From Macrostomum hystrix (taxonomy: Eukaryota > Animalia > Platyhelminthes), in contig CATNEN010000003.1 in NCBI GenBank assembly GCA_950097015.1, positions 2,728,001 through 2,792,000 on the forward strand: DNA of 64,000 bases, in the 5' to 3' direction. This document shows positions 50,270 through 62,120 of the stretch, piece after piece (the first letter of the stretch is position 1; each line of letters begins with the position of its first letter). The notes under the pieces were generated by a model. The model saw only the letters and a program-made list of their open reading frames with translations. It was not told the origin of the DNA and did not search any database. The translations under genes and the position numbers were made by a program.

Positions 50270-50935
50270 AGTGGGCGAAGGAACAGAATGGATTGCTAGT
50301 CTAGCCTCTCGGTGGATGAAGGAACAGAATGGATTGCTAGTCTAGCCTCTCAGTGGGTGAAGGAACAGAATGGATTGCTAGTCTAGCCTCTCAGTGGGTG
50401 AAGGAACAGAATGGATTGCTAGTCTAGCCTCTCAGTGGGTGAAGGAACAGAATGGATTGCTAGTCTAGCCTCTCAGTGGGTGAAGGAACAGAATGGATTG
50501 CTAGTCTAGCCTCTCAGTGGGTGAAGGAACAGAATGGATTGCTAGTCTAGCCTCTCAGTGGGTGAAGGAATAGAATGGATTGCTAGTCTAGCCTCTCAGT
50601 GGGTGAAGTGAACAGAATGGATTGCTAGTCTAGCCTCTCAGTGGGTGAAGTGAACAGAATGGATTGCTAGTCTAGCCTCTCAGTGGGTGAAGTGAACAGA
50701 ATGGATTGCTAGTCTAGCCTCTCAGTGGGTGAAGGAATAGAATGGATTGCTAGTCTAGCCTCTCAGTGGGTGAAGTGAACAGAATGGATTGCTAGTCTAG
50801 CCTCTCAGTGGGTGAAGTGAACAGAATGGATTGCTAGTCTAGCCTCTCAGTGGGTGAAGGAACAGAATGGATTGCTAGTCTAGCCTCTCAGTGGGTGAAG
50901 GAACAGAATGGATTGCTAGTCTAGCCCCTCAGTGG
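50270..50935. repeat. 41-bp minisatellite GTGGGTGAAGGAACAGAATGGATTGCTAGTCTAGCCTCTCA
   Basis: Direct reading; begins about 10 bp from the acceptor at 50260. Confidence 0.95.
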
Positions 50936-51239
50936 ATATTATTGAATATTATTGACGACATTACAATTATTAATTAGTGCAAATGATATCGGCTGTATTT
51001 AGGCGGGACATGCAGGTTTTTAAAGCTATGAAAGGTTTTCATAAAAAATCATCTATCGATAACAAAAGTGGATTTATGAGTGAATGCGTTTAAGGCGCAA
51101 ACGATCGATATAATAGCAGAGAAAACTAATTAATAACACCACGATAAGCAATAACAGTTTGATACAGATGGGTGATAAGGTGACATGCAGATAAGGTGCT
51201 TAGTAACAAATAGCTTTTTAGCAACAATTCGGCTTTGTG

Positions 51240-51720
51240 AAGTTTCGGGTTTTGGGAAGTGTCGGGTTCGGGGAAGTTTCGGGTTAAGGGAAGTTTTGGG
51301 TTAAGGGAAGTGTCAGGTTCGGGGAAGTTTCGGCTTAAGGGAAGTTTTGGGTTAAGGGAAGTGTCGGGTTCGGGGAAGTTTCGGGTTTTGGGAAGTTTTG
51401 GGTTAAGGGAAGTGTCGAGTTCGGGGAAGTTTCGGGTTTGGGGAAGTTTCGGGTTTAGGGAAGTTTTGGGTTTGGGGAAGTTTCGGGTTCGGGGAAGTTT
51501 CGGGTTAAGGGAAGTTTCGGGTTAAGGGAAGTGTCGGGTTCGGGGAAGTGTCGGGTTCGGGGAAGTTTTGGGTTTGGGGAAGTTTCGGGTTTAGGGAAGT
51601 TTTGGGTTCGGGGAAGTTTTGGGTTCGGGGAAGTTTCGGGTTAAGGGAAGTTTCGGGTTCGGGGAAGTTTCGGGTTCGGGGGAAGTTTCGGGTTCGGGGA
51701 AGTTTCGGGTTTGGGGATGT
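51240..51720. repeat. 17-bp G-rich minisatellite GGGGAAGTTTCGGGTTC
   Basis: Direct reading. Confidence 0.93.
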
Positions 51721-51885
51721 TTCTAATGGTTTTGAAGTCTAGCTTGCAAAATGTTTCTTACGCATTGCATACAAACAGTTTTAAATAAAATGTAAAAGCA
51801 TCAATAATGTGAATCGCACAGCAATAGTTGGGTGAGTGCAAGTCACTAACCGAAACAGGCAAAGCTGTCCTATAATCCAGTTTAC

Positions 51886-51933
51886 CTTTGTACAGCAGAC
51901 GAATTCTACGCCGTCTGATCAATTCTTTGTCGA
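51886..51933 (-). CDS. FAM227A: FAM227-family possible 48-bp exon 8
   Basis: TTAG acceptor, GTAAAC donor, phase 1-1, VDKELIRRRRIRLLYK. Confidence 0.5.
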
Positions 51934-52199
51934 CTAAGTTTTAGAAAAATGCAAAAAAACTAGTTTTGGTAAAGTTTTTGTAACACTTATTTTTAATTTC
52001 ACATCAAACACTAACAAATTAATTAGCAGTCAGATTGGTTACATTAGAAGGGCTAAGGATAGTCAAAAGATTAGTTGAAGAAATGATGCTTACAAAAAGG
52101 AAAAAATATGCATACATTTTATAACACTACAAAAATATTAATTTTGTTTTTAGGTGAGAATTTTTTTATAGAAAACCTAAACTGACATGCTAAATTATG

Positions 52200-53510
52200 T
52201 ATCTCACCCTCTCTTATCTACATCTCACCCTTTCTTATCTACATCTCACCTTGTCTTATCTACATCTCACCCACTCTTATCTACATCTCACCCACTCTTA
52301 TCTACATCTCACCCTCTCTTATCTACATCTCACCCTCTCTTATCTACATTTCACCCACTCTTATCTACATCTCACCTTCTCTTATATACATCTCAACCAC
52401 TCTTATCTAAATCACACCCTCTCTTATCTACATCTCACCCACTCTTATATACATCACACCCTCTCTTATCTACATCTCACCCTCTCTTATATACATCTCA
52501 CCCACTCTTATCTACATCTCACCCTCTCTTATATACATCTCACCCACTCTTATATACATCTCACCCACTCTTATATACATCTCACCCTCTCTTATATACA
52601 TCACACCCTCTCTTATCTAAATCACACCCTCTCTTATATACATCTCACCCACTCTTATCTACATCTCACCCACTCTTATCTACATCTCACCCACTATTAT
52701 CTACATCTCACCTTCTCTTATATACATCTCACCCTCTCTTATCTACATCCCACCTTCTCTTATCTACATCTCACCTTCTCTTATCTACATCTCACCCTCT
52801 CTTATATACATCTCACCCTCTCTTATATACATCTCACCCTCTCTTATCTACATCTCACCTTCTCTTATCTACATCTCACCCACTCTTATCTACATCTCAC
52901 CCACTCTTATCTACATCTCACCCTCTCTTATATATATCTCACCTTCTCTTATCTACATCTCACCTTCTCTTATCTACATCTCACCCTCTCTTATATACAT
53001 CTCACCCTCTCTTATCTACATCTCACCCTCTCTTATCTACATCTCACCCACTCTTATCTACATCTCACCCTCTCTTATCTACATCTCACCTTCTCTTATC
53101 TACATCTCACCTTCTCTTATCTACATCTCACCCACTCTTATCTACATCTCACCCACTCTTATCTACATCTCACCCTCTCTTATATATATCTCACCCACTC
53201 TTATCTACATCTCACCCTCTCTTATATACATCTCACCCACTCTTATCTACATCTCACCCACTCTTATCTACATCTCACCCACTCTTATCTACATCTCACC
53301 TTCTCTTATATACATCTCACCCTCTCTTATCTACATCTCACCTTCTCTTATCTACATCTCACCTTCTCTTATCTACATCTCACCCTCTCTTATATACATC
53401 TCACCCTCTCTTATATACATCTCACCCTCTCTTATCTACATCTCACCTTCTCTTATCTACATCTCACCTTCTCTTATCTACATCTTACCCTCTCCTATCT
53501 ACATCTCCAC
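52200..53510. repeat. 21-bp minisatellite CATCTCACCC(A/T)CTCTTATCTA
   Basis: Direct reading; ends about 30 bp from the donor at 53541. Confidence 0.95.
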
Positions 53511-53541
53511 TCTCCCATTACCCAACCCAGCAGTCTCTCAC

Positions 53542-53776
53542 CTTTCTTCTCGCTCTCAGCCCGCAGCAGTTCCTCTCGCTGTCTAATAACTCCTGGCTCC
53601 AGGGCGTCCTTGTTCCAGTCCATCCACAGCCGACAGCGCGGCTGCAGACCGGTCAGCCAGCGATAGACCTGGATGACGATGCCCTCCTTGAAGTCCGCTT
53701 GAAATTTGCTGTAGCTGTGAGGAAACGCGTTGCAGTAGGCACTGTACACAGCCTGGGACAGAAGACTGGGGTAGCT
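53542..53776 (-). CDS. FAM227A: FAM227-family exon 7
   Basis: SYPSLLSQAVYSAYCNAFPHS...FKEGIVIQVYRWLTGLQPRCRLWMDW...LEP. Confidence 0.88.
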
Positions 53777-53792
53777 CTGCGGTAGGCAGGGT

Positions 53793-54262
53793 CAGGTGAG
53801 ATAAACTGTGAGATTATCCAATAGAATTTGAGATATAAATTGCAAGATCATCAAATAAAACAGGTGAGATAAAAATGTGAGATTATCCAATAGAACAGGT
53901 GAGATAAACTGTGAGATTATCAAATAGAGGAGGTGAGATAAACTGTGAGATTATCCAATAGAGGAGGTGAGATAAACTGTGAGATTATCCAATAGAGCAG
54001 GTGAGATAAACTGTGAGATTATCCAATAGAGCAGGGGAGATAAACTGTGAGATTATCCAATAGAACAGGGGAGATAAACTGTGAGATTATCCAATAGAGC
54101 AGGGGAGATAAACTGTGAGATTATCCAATAGAACAGGGGAGATAAACTGTGAGATTATCCAATAGAACAGGTGAGATAAACTGTGAGATTATCCAATAGA
54201 ACAGGTGAGATAAACTGTGAGATTATCCAATAGAGCAGGGGAGATAAACTGTGAGATTATCG
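53793..54262. repeat. 34-bp minisatellite GAGATAAACTGTGAGATTATCCAATAGAGCAGG(T/G)
   Basis: Direct reading; fills the intron 53777-54296. Confidence 0.95.
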
Positions 54263-54296
54263 AATGAAACTGTTGAGATAAACAGACAAAACAAAC

Positions 54297-54506
54297 CTTG
54301 AGAAAGGCGTCTCTAAAGTGCTCAACCTTGCACAGGAAGAGCAGCTGAGTATAGTTGTGAGCGATGCGATTATAAAAACGCGGCATCTCTGGCTTATCAT
54401 AGTCCTGGCCATAGTTTCCCAGGAAATGATGCCAGAATGAGTCTTGTAGAATGGCTCGAGACAAAGGCCCGAGGAAGCAACGATCTAGCTCGGTTTTGTA
54501 TTGACT
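54297..54506 (-). CDS. FAM227A: FAM227-family exon 6 (FWWh core)
   Basis: SRAILQDSFWHHFL...FYNRIAHNYTQLL...RDAFLK. Confidence 0.88.
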
Positions 54507-54630
54507 CTGCGGATCAGACAGAATTAACGTTTCTAAAGTTCGTTACTTTCGTTTCATTTTATTAATTTCCGAAGACGTCAAAATCAATTGCGTGAAAAAA
54601 TAATAGCGTTTTCTATATCTCTATAAATAA

Positions 54631-54919
54631 TAGGGCGTCGGACTCACAACTTGAATGTCGGGGGTTCGATTCCCGACTCGAATGGAACAATTTGTGTCCC
54701 TTAGCAAGACACTTAACTCTGCATTGCTTCAGTTCACCCACCTGTTAAATGGGTGCGAGCATTAGCTGGGATAAATGAGGGTGGGTGTGACGTCACCCCA
54801 GTCCATGGACTGAACAGCCGTACGCAGCCTTCAGATGCGCCGCTCAATAGCTGCGGCTGTGCTGTCGGCTGCACATCTGGCCCGATTGGGGCAGGTGTAA
54901 TCAATTATTATTATTATTA
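54631..54919 (+). mobile_element. SINE family 1, slightly 5'-truncated copy in FAM227 intron
   Basis: Colinear high similarity to 4165-4430; B box retained, A box lost; (TTA)n tail. Confidence 0.85.
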
Positions 54920-55130
54920 CTAGCGTGAAAAATAGTTTTCTAAGAAAACTAACGAAAATCGTGTTTCTTTAGAAAGTAACGAATAAATAGTTTTAATCGT
55001 TAACTTTTTTAACGCGCAGATGCAGATACCTGTATAATTAGGCACATTCGATGATGATGTAGAAAACCTTAAAAAAGTACATTTTTCAATGACTTAAACA
55101 ACTAGTTCGCAGACAAAAAAGTCAGCTCAC

Positions 55131-55241
55131 CGAAAAATGACATCTTTGAGCACCGATCACTCGAATCAGAATGTCAACAGGCTGCACACCGCACGGCAGC
55201 GGCGTCAACTCGCGCTGATTGAAGCCAGGAAATAAGCACAG
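55131..55241 (-). CDS. FAM227A: FAM227-family exon 5
   Basis: TGCAG/GTGAGC; LCLFPGFNQRELTPLPCGVQPVDILIRVIGAQ (PGF...TPLP motif at the start of the FWWh domain). Confidence 0.85.
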
Positions 55242-55264
55242 CTGCAATTCAGACAAGGGATAGA

Positions 55265-57235
55265 ATGAGACTGGTGAGACTAGAGATTGGATGGGAGGGT
55301 GAGACTAGAGATTGGATGAGACTGGTGAGACTAGAGATTGGATGAGACTGGTGAGACTAGAGATTGGATGGGAGGGTGAGACTAGAGATTGGATGAGAAG
55401 GGTGAGACTAGAGATTGGATGAGAAGGGTGAGACTAGAGATTGGATGAGAAGGGTGAGACTAGAGATTGGATGGGAGGGTGAGACTAGAGATTGGATGAG
55501 ACTGGTGAGACTAGAGATCGGATGGGAGGGTGAGACTAGAGATTGGATGAGACTGGTGAGACTAGAGATCGGATGGGAGGGTGAGACTAGAGATTGGATG
55601 AGACTGGTGAGACTAGAGATTGGATGGGAGGGTGAGACTAGAGATTGGATGAGACTGGTGAGACTAGAGATTGGATGGGAGGGTGAGACTAGAGATTGGA
55701 TGAGAAGGGTGAGACTAGAGATCGGATGGGAGGGTGAGACTAGGGATTGGATGGGAGGGTGAGACTAGAGATTGGATGAGACTGGTGAGACTAGAGATCG
55801 GATGAGAGGGTGAGACTAGAGATCGGATGGGAGGGTGAGACTAGAGATTCGATGAGACTGGTGAGACTAGAGATTGGATGGGAGGGTGAGACTAGAGATT
55901 GGATGAGACTGGTGAGACTAGAGATTGGATGAGAGGGTGAGACTAGAGATCGGATGGGAGGGTGAGACTAGAGATCGGATGGGAGGGTGAGACTAGAGAT
56001 TGGATGAGACTGGTGAGACTAGAGATTGGATGGGAGGGTGAGACTAGAGATTGGATGGGAGGGTGAGACTAGAGATTGGATGAGAAGGGTGAGACTAGAG
56101 ATTGGATGAGAAGGGTGAGACTAGAGATTGGATGGGAGGGTGAGACTAGAGATTGGATGAGACTGGTGAGACTAGAGATTGGATGGGAGGGTGAGACTAG
56201 AGATTGGATGAGACTGGTGAGACTAGAGATTGGATGAGAGGGTGAGACTAGAGATCGGATGGGAGGGTGAGACTAGAGATCGGATGGGAGGGTGAGACTA
56301 GAGATTGGATGAGACTGGTGAGACTAGAGATTGGATGGGAGGGTGAGACTAGAGATTGGATGGGAGGGTGAGACTAGAGATTGGATGAGAAGGGTGAGAC
56401 TAGAGATTGGATGAGAAGGGTGAGACTAGAGATTGGATGGGAGGGTGAGACTAGAGATTGGATGAGACTGGTGAGACTAGAGATCGGATGGGAGGGTGAG
56501 ACTAGAGATTGGATGAGACTGGTGAGACTAGAGATCGGATGGGAGGGTGAGACTAGAGATTGGATGAGACTGGTGAGACTAGAGATTGGATGGGAGGGTG
56601 AGACTAGAGATTGGATGAGACTGGTGAGACTAGAGATTGGATGGGAGGGTGAGACTAGAGATTGGATGAGAAGGGTGAGACTAGAGATTGGATGGGAGGT
56701 GAGACTAGAGATTGGATGGGAGGGTGAGACTAGAGATTGGATGAGACTGGTGAGACTAGAGATTGGATGGGAGGGTGAGACTAGAGATTGGATGAGACTG
56801 GTGAGACTAGAGATTGGATGAGACTGGTGAGACTAGAGATTGGATGAGAAGGGTGAGACTAGAGATTGGATGGGAAGGGTGAGACTAGAGATTGGATGGG
56901 AGGGTGAGACTAGAGATTGGATGAGACTGGTGAGACTAGAGATTGGATGGGAGGGTGAGACTAGAGATTGGATGAGACTGGTGAGACTAGAGATTGGATG
57001 GGAGGGTGAGACTAGAGATTGGATGAGAAGGGTGAGACTAGAGATTGGATGAGAAGGGTGAGACTAGAGATTGGATGAGAAGGGTGAGACTAGAGATTGG
57101 ATGAGAAGGGTGAGACTAGAGATTGGATGGGAGGGTGAGACTAGAGATTGGATGAGAAGGGTGAGACTAGAGATTGGATGGGAGGGTGAGACTAGAGATT
57201 GGATGAGAAGGGTGAGACTAGAGATCAGATGAGAT
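55265..57235. repeat. 24-25-bp minisatellite GGTGAGACTAGAGATTGGATG(GGAG/AGACT/AGAAG)
   Basis: Direct reading. Confidence 0.95.
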
Positions 57236-57336
57236 TGTGAGATTGTGAGAAATAATAGGGATTATATTGGATTGGGATGTAGCAAAGACATTAGTTAGAT
57301 ATTTCGATAAATCAATCATGCTAAGCTGTAACTGAC

Positions 57337-57458
57337 CTCAACAAACTGAGGCCTGTCGCTTTGAGCACCCTTCGGTGCCATGTAGAAATTTGAACTCTTC
57401 TTTTGCATGGAAATCTTTTCGATTCTCTTCACCCGGTCAGAATTAGGCAGACCAAAAT
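57337..57458 (-). CDS. FAM227A: FAM227-family exon 4 (alternative in-frame acceptor near 57506)
   Basis: ACAG acceptor, GTCAGT donor, ends ...SDRPQFVE, joining LCLFPGF of the next exon. Confidence 0.65.
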
Positions 57459-57689
57459 CTGTTTCGATGTCAAGGCGAAGAAGATGGATTTGGAAAATGC
57501 AATATTCTAAACAAACTAGAAATTTGATTTAAAAATGACTACAACACTTTAATTGTTTAGTTCAATTTCAATATGGATCTACCGTTTTAACGTACATAAG
57601 AACATTAAGACATTATATGTTAGTTAATTAAAGTTAAGTAAAAGCCATCTGATTATAAAGCAATAAGTAATTAATAAGTGCTAGTTTGA

Positions 57690-58535
57690 CTTGACTGATG
57701 GACACCTCTATCTAACTGATGGACATCTCTATCTAACAGATGGACATCTTTATCTAACTGATGGACATCTCTATCTAACTGATGGACACCTCTGTCTAAC
57801 TGATGGACACCTCTGTCTAACTGATGGACACATCTGTCTAACAGATGGACACCTCTATCTAACAGATGGACACCTCAATCTAACTGATGGACACCTCTAT
57901 CTAACAGATGGACACCTCGGTCTAATAGATGGACACCTCTGTCTAACTGATGGACACATCTGTCTAACAGATGGACATCTCTATCTAACTGATGGACATC
58001 TCTGTCTAACTGATGGACACCTCTGTCTAACTGATGGACACCTCTGTCTAACAGGTGGACACTTCTGTCTAACTGATGGACACCTCTATCTAACTGATGG
58101 ACACCTCTATCTAACTGATGGACACCTCTATCTAACTGATGGACACCTCTATCTAACTGATGGACACCTCTGTCTAACTGATGGACACCTCTGTATAACT
58201 GATGGACACCTCTATCTAACTGATGGACACCTCTATCTAACTGATGGACACCTCTGTCTAACTGATGGACACATCTGTCTAACAGATGGACACCTCTATC
58301 TAACTGATGGACACCTTTGTCTATCTAACTGATGGACACCTCTGTCTAACAGATGGACACCTCTATCTAACTGATGGACATCTCTGTCTAACTGATGGAC
58401 ACTTCTGTCTAACTGATGGACACCTCTATCTAACAAATGGACAACTCTATATAACAGATGGACACCTCTATCTAACAGATGGACACCTCTGTCTAACAGG
58501 TAAACACGTCTGTCTAACAGATGAACATTTCTGTT
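57690..58535. repeat. 21-bp minisatellite TCTAACTGATGGACACCTCT(A/G)
   Basis: Direct reading. Confidence 0.95.
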
Positions 58536-58949
58536 TATCAGGTAGAAAAATGTAGCTATTATTAACTTCTTGTCGTGATTATTTCTTTTTAGTTATTCAC
58601 AGCAGGAATCTATTATGACATCGAGCACACATGGATTTATATAGAAAAACTGGTTCTTACTGGTTCCAAAAGTATACACTCCGGCAAATTTAGTTTTCTC
58701 AACCATTTGCTGATCTGATTGTTGAACAATATTAAAACAGTAATTAATCATTATCTATTATGCGTCTTTTATAAAGTGCCATAAAAATCGCCATTAAATA
58801 CTGTTAGTAGGCAAAAAGCACATGATTACGTAAATACGAGCTCGTACTCTGAAAACATATCGATAAACATTGACAATAAACGATAAAAGAACTACAGGAA
58901 TAGCAGCTAATTAAATAGTAAAAATTTATAATCAATCATTTCATCTCAC

Positions 58950-58994
58950 CAAGCGTCACCATAGGATTTGGCGTTGTGTAAATCTTTTGTTTGG
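58950..58994 (-). CDS. FAM227A: FAM227-family possible 45-bp exon 3
   Basis: TTTTACTAAG acceptor, GTGAGA donor, phase 1-1 (skippable without frameshift). Confidence 0.45.
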
Positions 58995-59285
58995 CTTAGT
59001 AAAACAAATTTTAGTTTTAAAGTAGATTGAAAGTTAAAGAACTAAGTGCATTTAAATCGATATTACTTGAATTAATAGCGGATGAACATAATTTGCATAA
59101 TTTGCATAGAACTGTACGTATATAGGTAAAATTAGCTCGACAATGTACACAAAAATTTACAAAGTATGTACATATTAATGTACATATGTGAATGTACGTG
59201 ACAAAGCACGCTAATGTACATTGATGTACATAAAGATGTACATGAAAATTCAAGCGAAAAAATGAATGCCTATTTAAGAGCTTAC

Positions 59286-59441
59286 CGGTGACAATATCCT
59301 CAGCACTCATATTAGCCCTGACGTCAATGTCGTCAATAAACAGGCTCTCCTTGGAAACAGCGTCCGGGGTGAATTCCTTCAGCTTCCGATCGAGACGACC
59401 GATGCGCTGATTGATGAGATCCACCGAGCCGATTTGAAAGG
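59286..59441 (-). CDS. FAM227A: FAM227-family exon 2
   Basis: TAG acceptor, GTAAG donor, (P)FQIGSVDLINQRIGRLDRKL..., phase 1-1. Confidence 0.75.
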
Positions 59442-59499
59442 CTAGATTTTAGGCGGGTAGTTTCTATGAATATTCTCATTCTCGCAGTAAGTTTTCCTT

Positions 59500-60032
59500 T
59501 TCACTCAAATCTTCTAATCCTAGTCTTCCCCTTCTCACCCTAGTCTTCACATTCCCTCCCTAATCTTCCCATTCTCACCCTAATCTTCCCCTTCTCACCC
59601 TAATCTTCCCCTTCTCACCCTAATCTTCCCTTTCTCACCCTAATCTTGTGACCCTAATTTTCTTATTCTCACCCTAATCTTCCCCTTCTGACCCTAATCT
59701 TCTGATTCTTTCGTCTAATCTTCCCTTTCTCTGACCCTAATTTTCCTTTTCTCACCCTAATCTTCCCCCTTCTCACCCTAATCTTCTGATTCTTTCGTCT
59801 AATCTTCCCTTTCTCTGACCCTAATTTTCCTTTTCCCACCATTATCTTACCCTGTTCACCCTAATCTTCTGATTCTTTCGTCTAAACTTCCCTTTCTCAC
59901 CCTATCTTCCCTTTCTCACCCTAATCTTCCTCTTCTCACCCTAATCTTCCCCTTCTCACCCTAATCTTCCTCTTCTCACCCTAATCTTCCCCTTCTCACT
60001 CAATCTTCCCACTCTTCCCCTAATCCTCCCCT
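59500..60032. repeat. ~20-bp degenerate minisatellite CCCTAATCTTCCCCTTCTCA
   Basis: Direct reading; fills FAM227 intron 1. Confidence 0.88.
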
Positions 60033-60059
60033 TTTAAAAAATCTTCAGGTTGAACTTAC

Positions 60060-60180
60060 GCGATCTACTCTGGCTCTGTTTCTCATATTGAGCCACAAAT
60101 TTTCTATGCGTGTCCTGATCCAGCGGCACTTCAGTGTCAAAGTGCAGCATAGGAGAGCCGTTTCTGTTCAGGTAGTTCAT
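60060..60180 (-). CDS. FAM227A: FAM227-family (FWWh domain) protein, exon 1; model join(60060..60180, 59286..59441, 58950..58994, 57337..57458, 55131..55241, 54297..54506, 53542..53776, 51886..51933, 50021..50259, 49666..49940, 49223..49421), about 586 aa
   Basis: MNYLNRNGSPMLHFD...; GTAAG donor; all 11 exons join with consistent phases. Confidence 0.7.
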
Positions 60181-60353
60181 AATTAAGGCGGGAAGTTGTA
60201 CTGGAAGTTGTAAAGCGTGCATAAAACCGTGAATTCATTCATTTGCAGAGAAAATAGAGTTTGTATCTAACTGTTGAGAGCTTCTGACTTCCGATCAATT
60301 CGTGAAAAAGAAAATATGTCTATAAAACAAAAACCACACTAAGTTAGAGGTTC

Positions 60354-60474
60354 TAGCTGGGATAAAAAATTGGGTGGGTGTGTCAGCCTCCAAAGTCCAC
60401 GGACTGAACAGATGTACAGATCCTTGGGAAGTCCCTTTAAATAGCTGCGGCTGTGCATTGGGCTGCACATCTGG
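60354..60474 (+). mobile_element. Diverged 3' fragment of SINE family 1
   Basis: TAGCTGGGATAAA...GGACTGAACAG...AATAGCTGCGGCTGTGC...GGCTGCACATCTGG matches 54763-54880. Confidence 0.65.
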
Positions 60475-61149
60475 TGACTAGATTCTGGTGCTATTTAAAT
60501 TTTCTATTCTATATGCTTAATACACTACTGATTCGGATAGTTTAGTAGTGTAAAGCGGGTATTAAACAAAAACATTGATTGCTCGACAAGTAGAAAAAGC
60601 TAGGCAAATTTTATTTCATAAATTTTTACAATTACAAAAAACGGTAACAGCAATCTTTGTCAATTACAAATTTGTTTCTAAAAATAGAAAAGTATTTAAG
60701 GCCTCAAAGTATCAAGCTAAATTTATTAGAACAATGTACACCTATTTCATCCATACCAATCGTCAATAAAAATCACATGAGCGATAAAAAAGATTGAAAA
60801 GTGCAAAACTGCCGGGTCATACTAGAGGATTAAGCGGGTATTATTCTAGAAATAAAGCCAAAACTAGTAAATTGTAAACAAACTTTGGACGGAATAAGGA
60901 ATTTATTTTTACACAAAAAGCTGCTAAGGAATAAAGTACAAAATAAATCTAATTTAACTTAATCTTTTGCATACAATGAACTAGGCTTGTAAACGCGAAA
61001 AACCACATGTCTAAACAATTAAAAACTTCTGTCTTATAAATTTGCATAGCGTTACATGAAAACATTATTTAGGGTTGGCGGTATCTTTAAAAAACCTTCG
61101 TTTCTGTAAAGCTGGTAACATTAAATAACGATCTAGGCTGTGTTTGTTG

Positions 61150-61925
61150 GCACTTCAAAGAACCGCAGGTATGGGATTGCCGGTAACTTTGATAAGCCGA
61201 ATGTTCAGGATTGGCGGCAACTTCAAAGAACTGCAGGTATGGGATTGGCGGTAGCTTCAAAGCACCACATGATTAGGATTGGCGGCAACTTCAAAGAACC
61301 GCAGGTATGGGATTGGTGGTAGCTTCAAAGCACCACATGATTAGGATTGGCGGCAACTTCAAATAACCGCAGGTATGGGATTGGCGGCAACTTCAAAGAA
61401 CCGCAGGTATGGGATTGGCGGTAGCTTCAAAGCACCACATGATTAGGATTGGCGGCAACTTCAAAGAACCGCAGGTATGGGATTGCCGGTAACTTTAATA
61501 AGCCGAAGGTTCAGGATTGGCGGCAACTTTAAAGAACCGCAGGCATGGGATTGGCGGTAGCTTCAAAGCACCACATGATTAGGATTGGAGGCAACTTCAA
61601 ATAACCGCAGGTATGGGATTGGCGGTAGCTTCAAAGCACCACATGATTAGGATTGGCGGCAACTTCAAAGAACCGCAGGTATGGGATTGCCGGTAACTTA
61701 AATAAGCGAAGGTTCAGGATTGGCGGTAACTTCAAAGAATCGCAGGCATGGGATTGGCGGTAGCTTCAAAGCACCACATGATTAGGATTGGAGGCAACTT
61801 CAAATAACCGCAGGTATGGGATTGGCGGCAACTTCAAAGAACCGCAGTTTAAAGATTGGCAGTTTACTTTCAAAGAAACGCAGGTTTAAGATTTGCGGCA
61901 ACTTCAAAGAGCCGCAGATTTAGGG
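61150..61925. repeat. 34-bp three-variant tandem array between ERICH2 and FAM227
   Basis: Units start GGATTG; variant A ends GAACCGCAGGTATG, B ends GCACCACATGATTA, C ends AAGCCGAAGGTTCA. Confidence 0.9.
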
Positions 61926-62120
61926 GTACATTCAAAGACCCGTAGCTTTATAGTCGGTGACTTAAAAGAGAACAGATTTTATGTTAACAGCACTTGAAAG
62001 TTCTTATGATTGTAGAAATCACCACAGGTGCGGCTTATAAACTCGAAGACAATATAGAGACCTCAAGTAATAATTAAAGCAAGTGAAGTTTCTAGGAAAT
62101 GAGTCGCTCCCAAAAGTTTT

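Noticed and set aside
59500-60032. Interstitial telomeric sequence (CCCTAA or GGGTTAG in arrays at 11860, 27085, 59500)
   Set aside because: Single hexamers inside longer units, never tandem (TTAGGG)n
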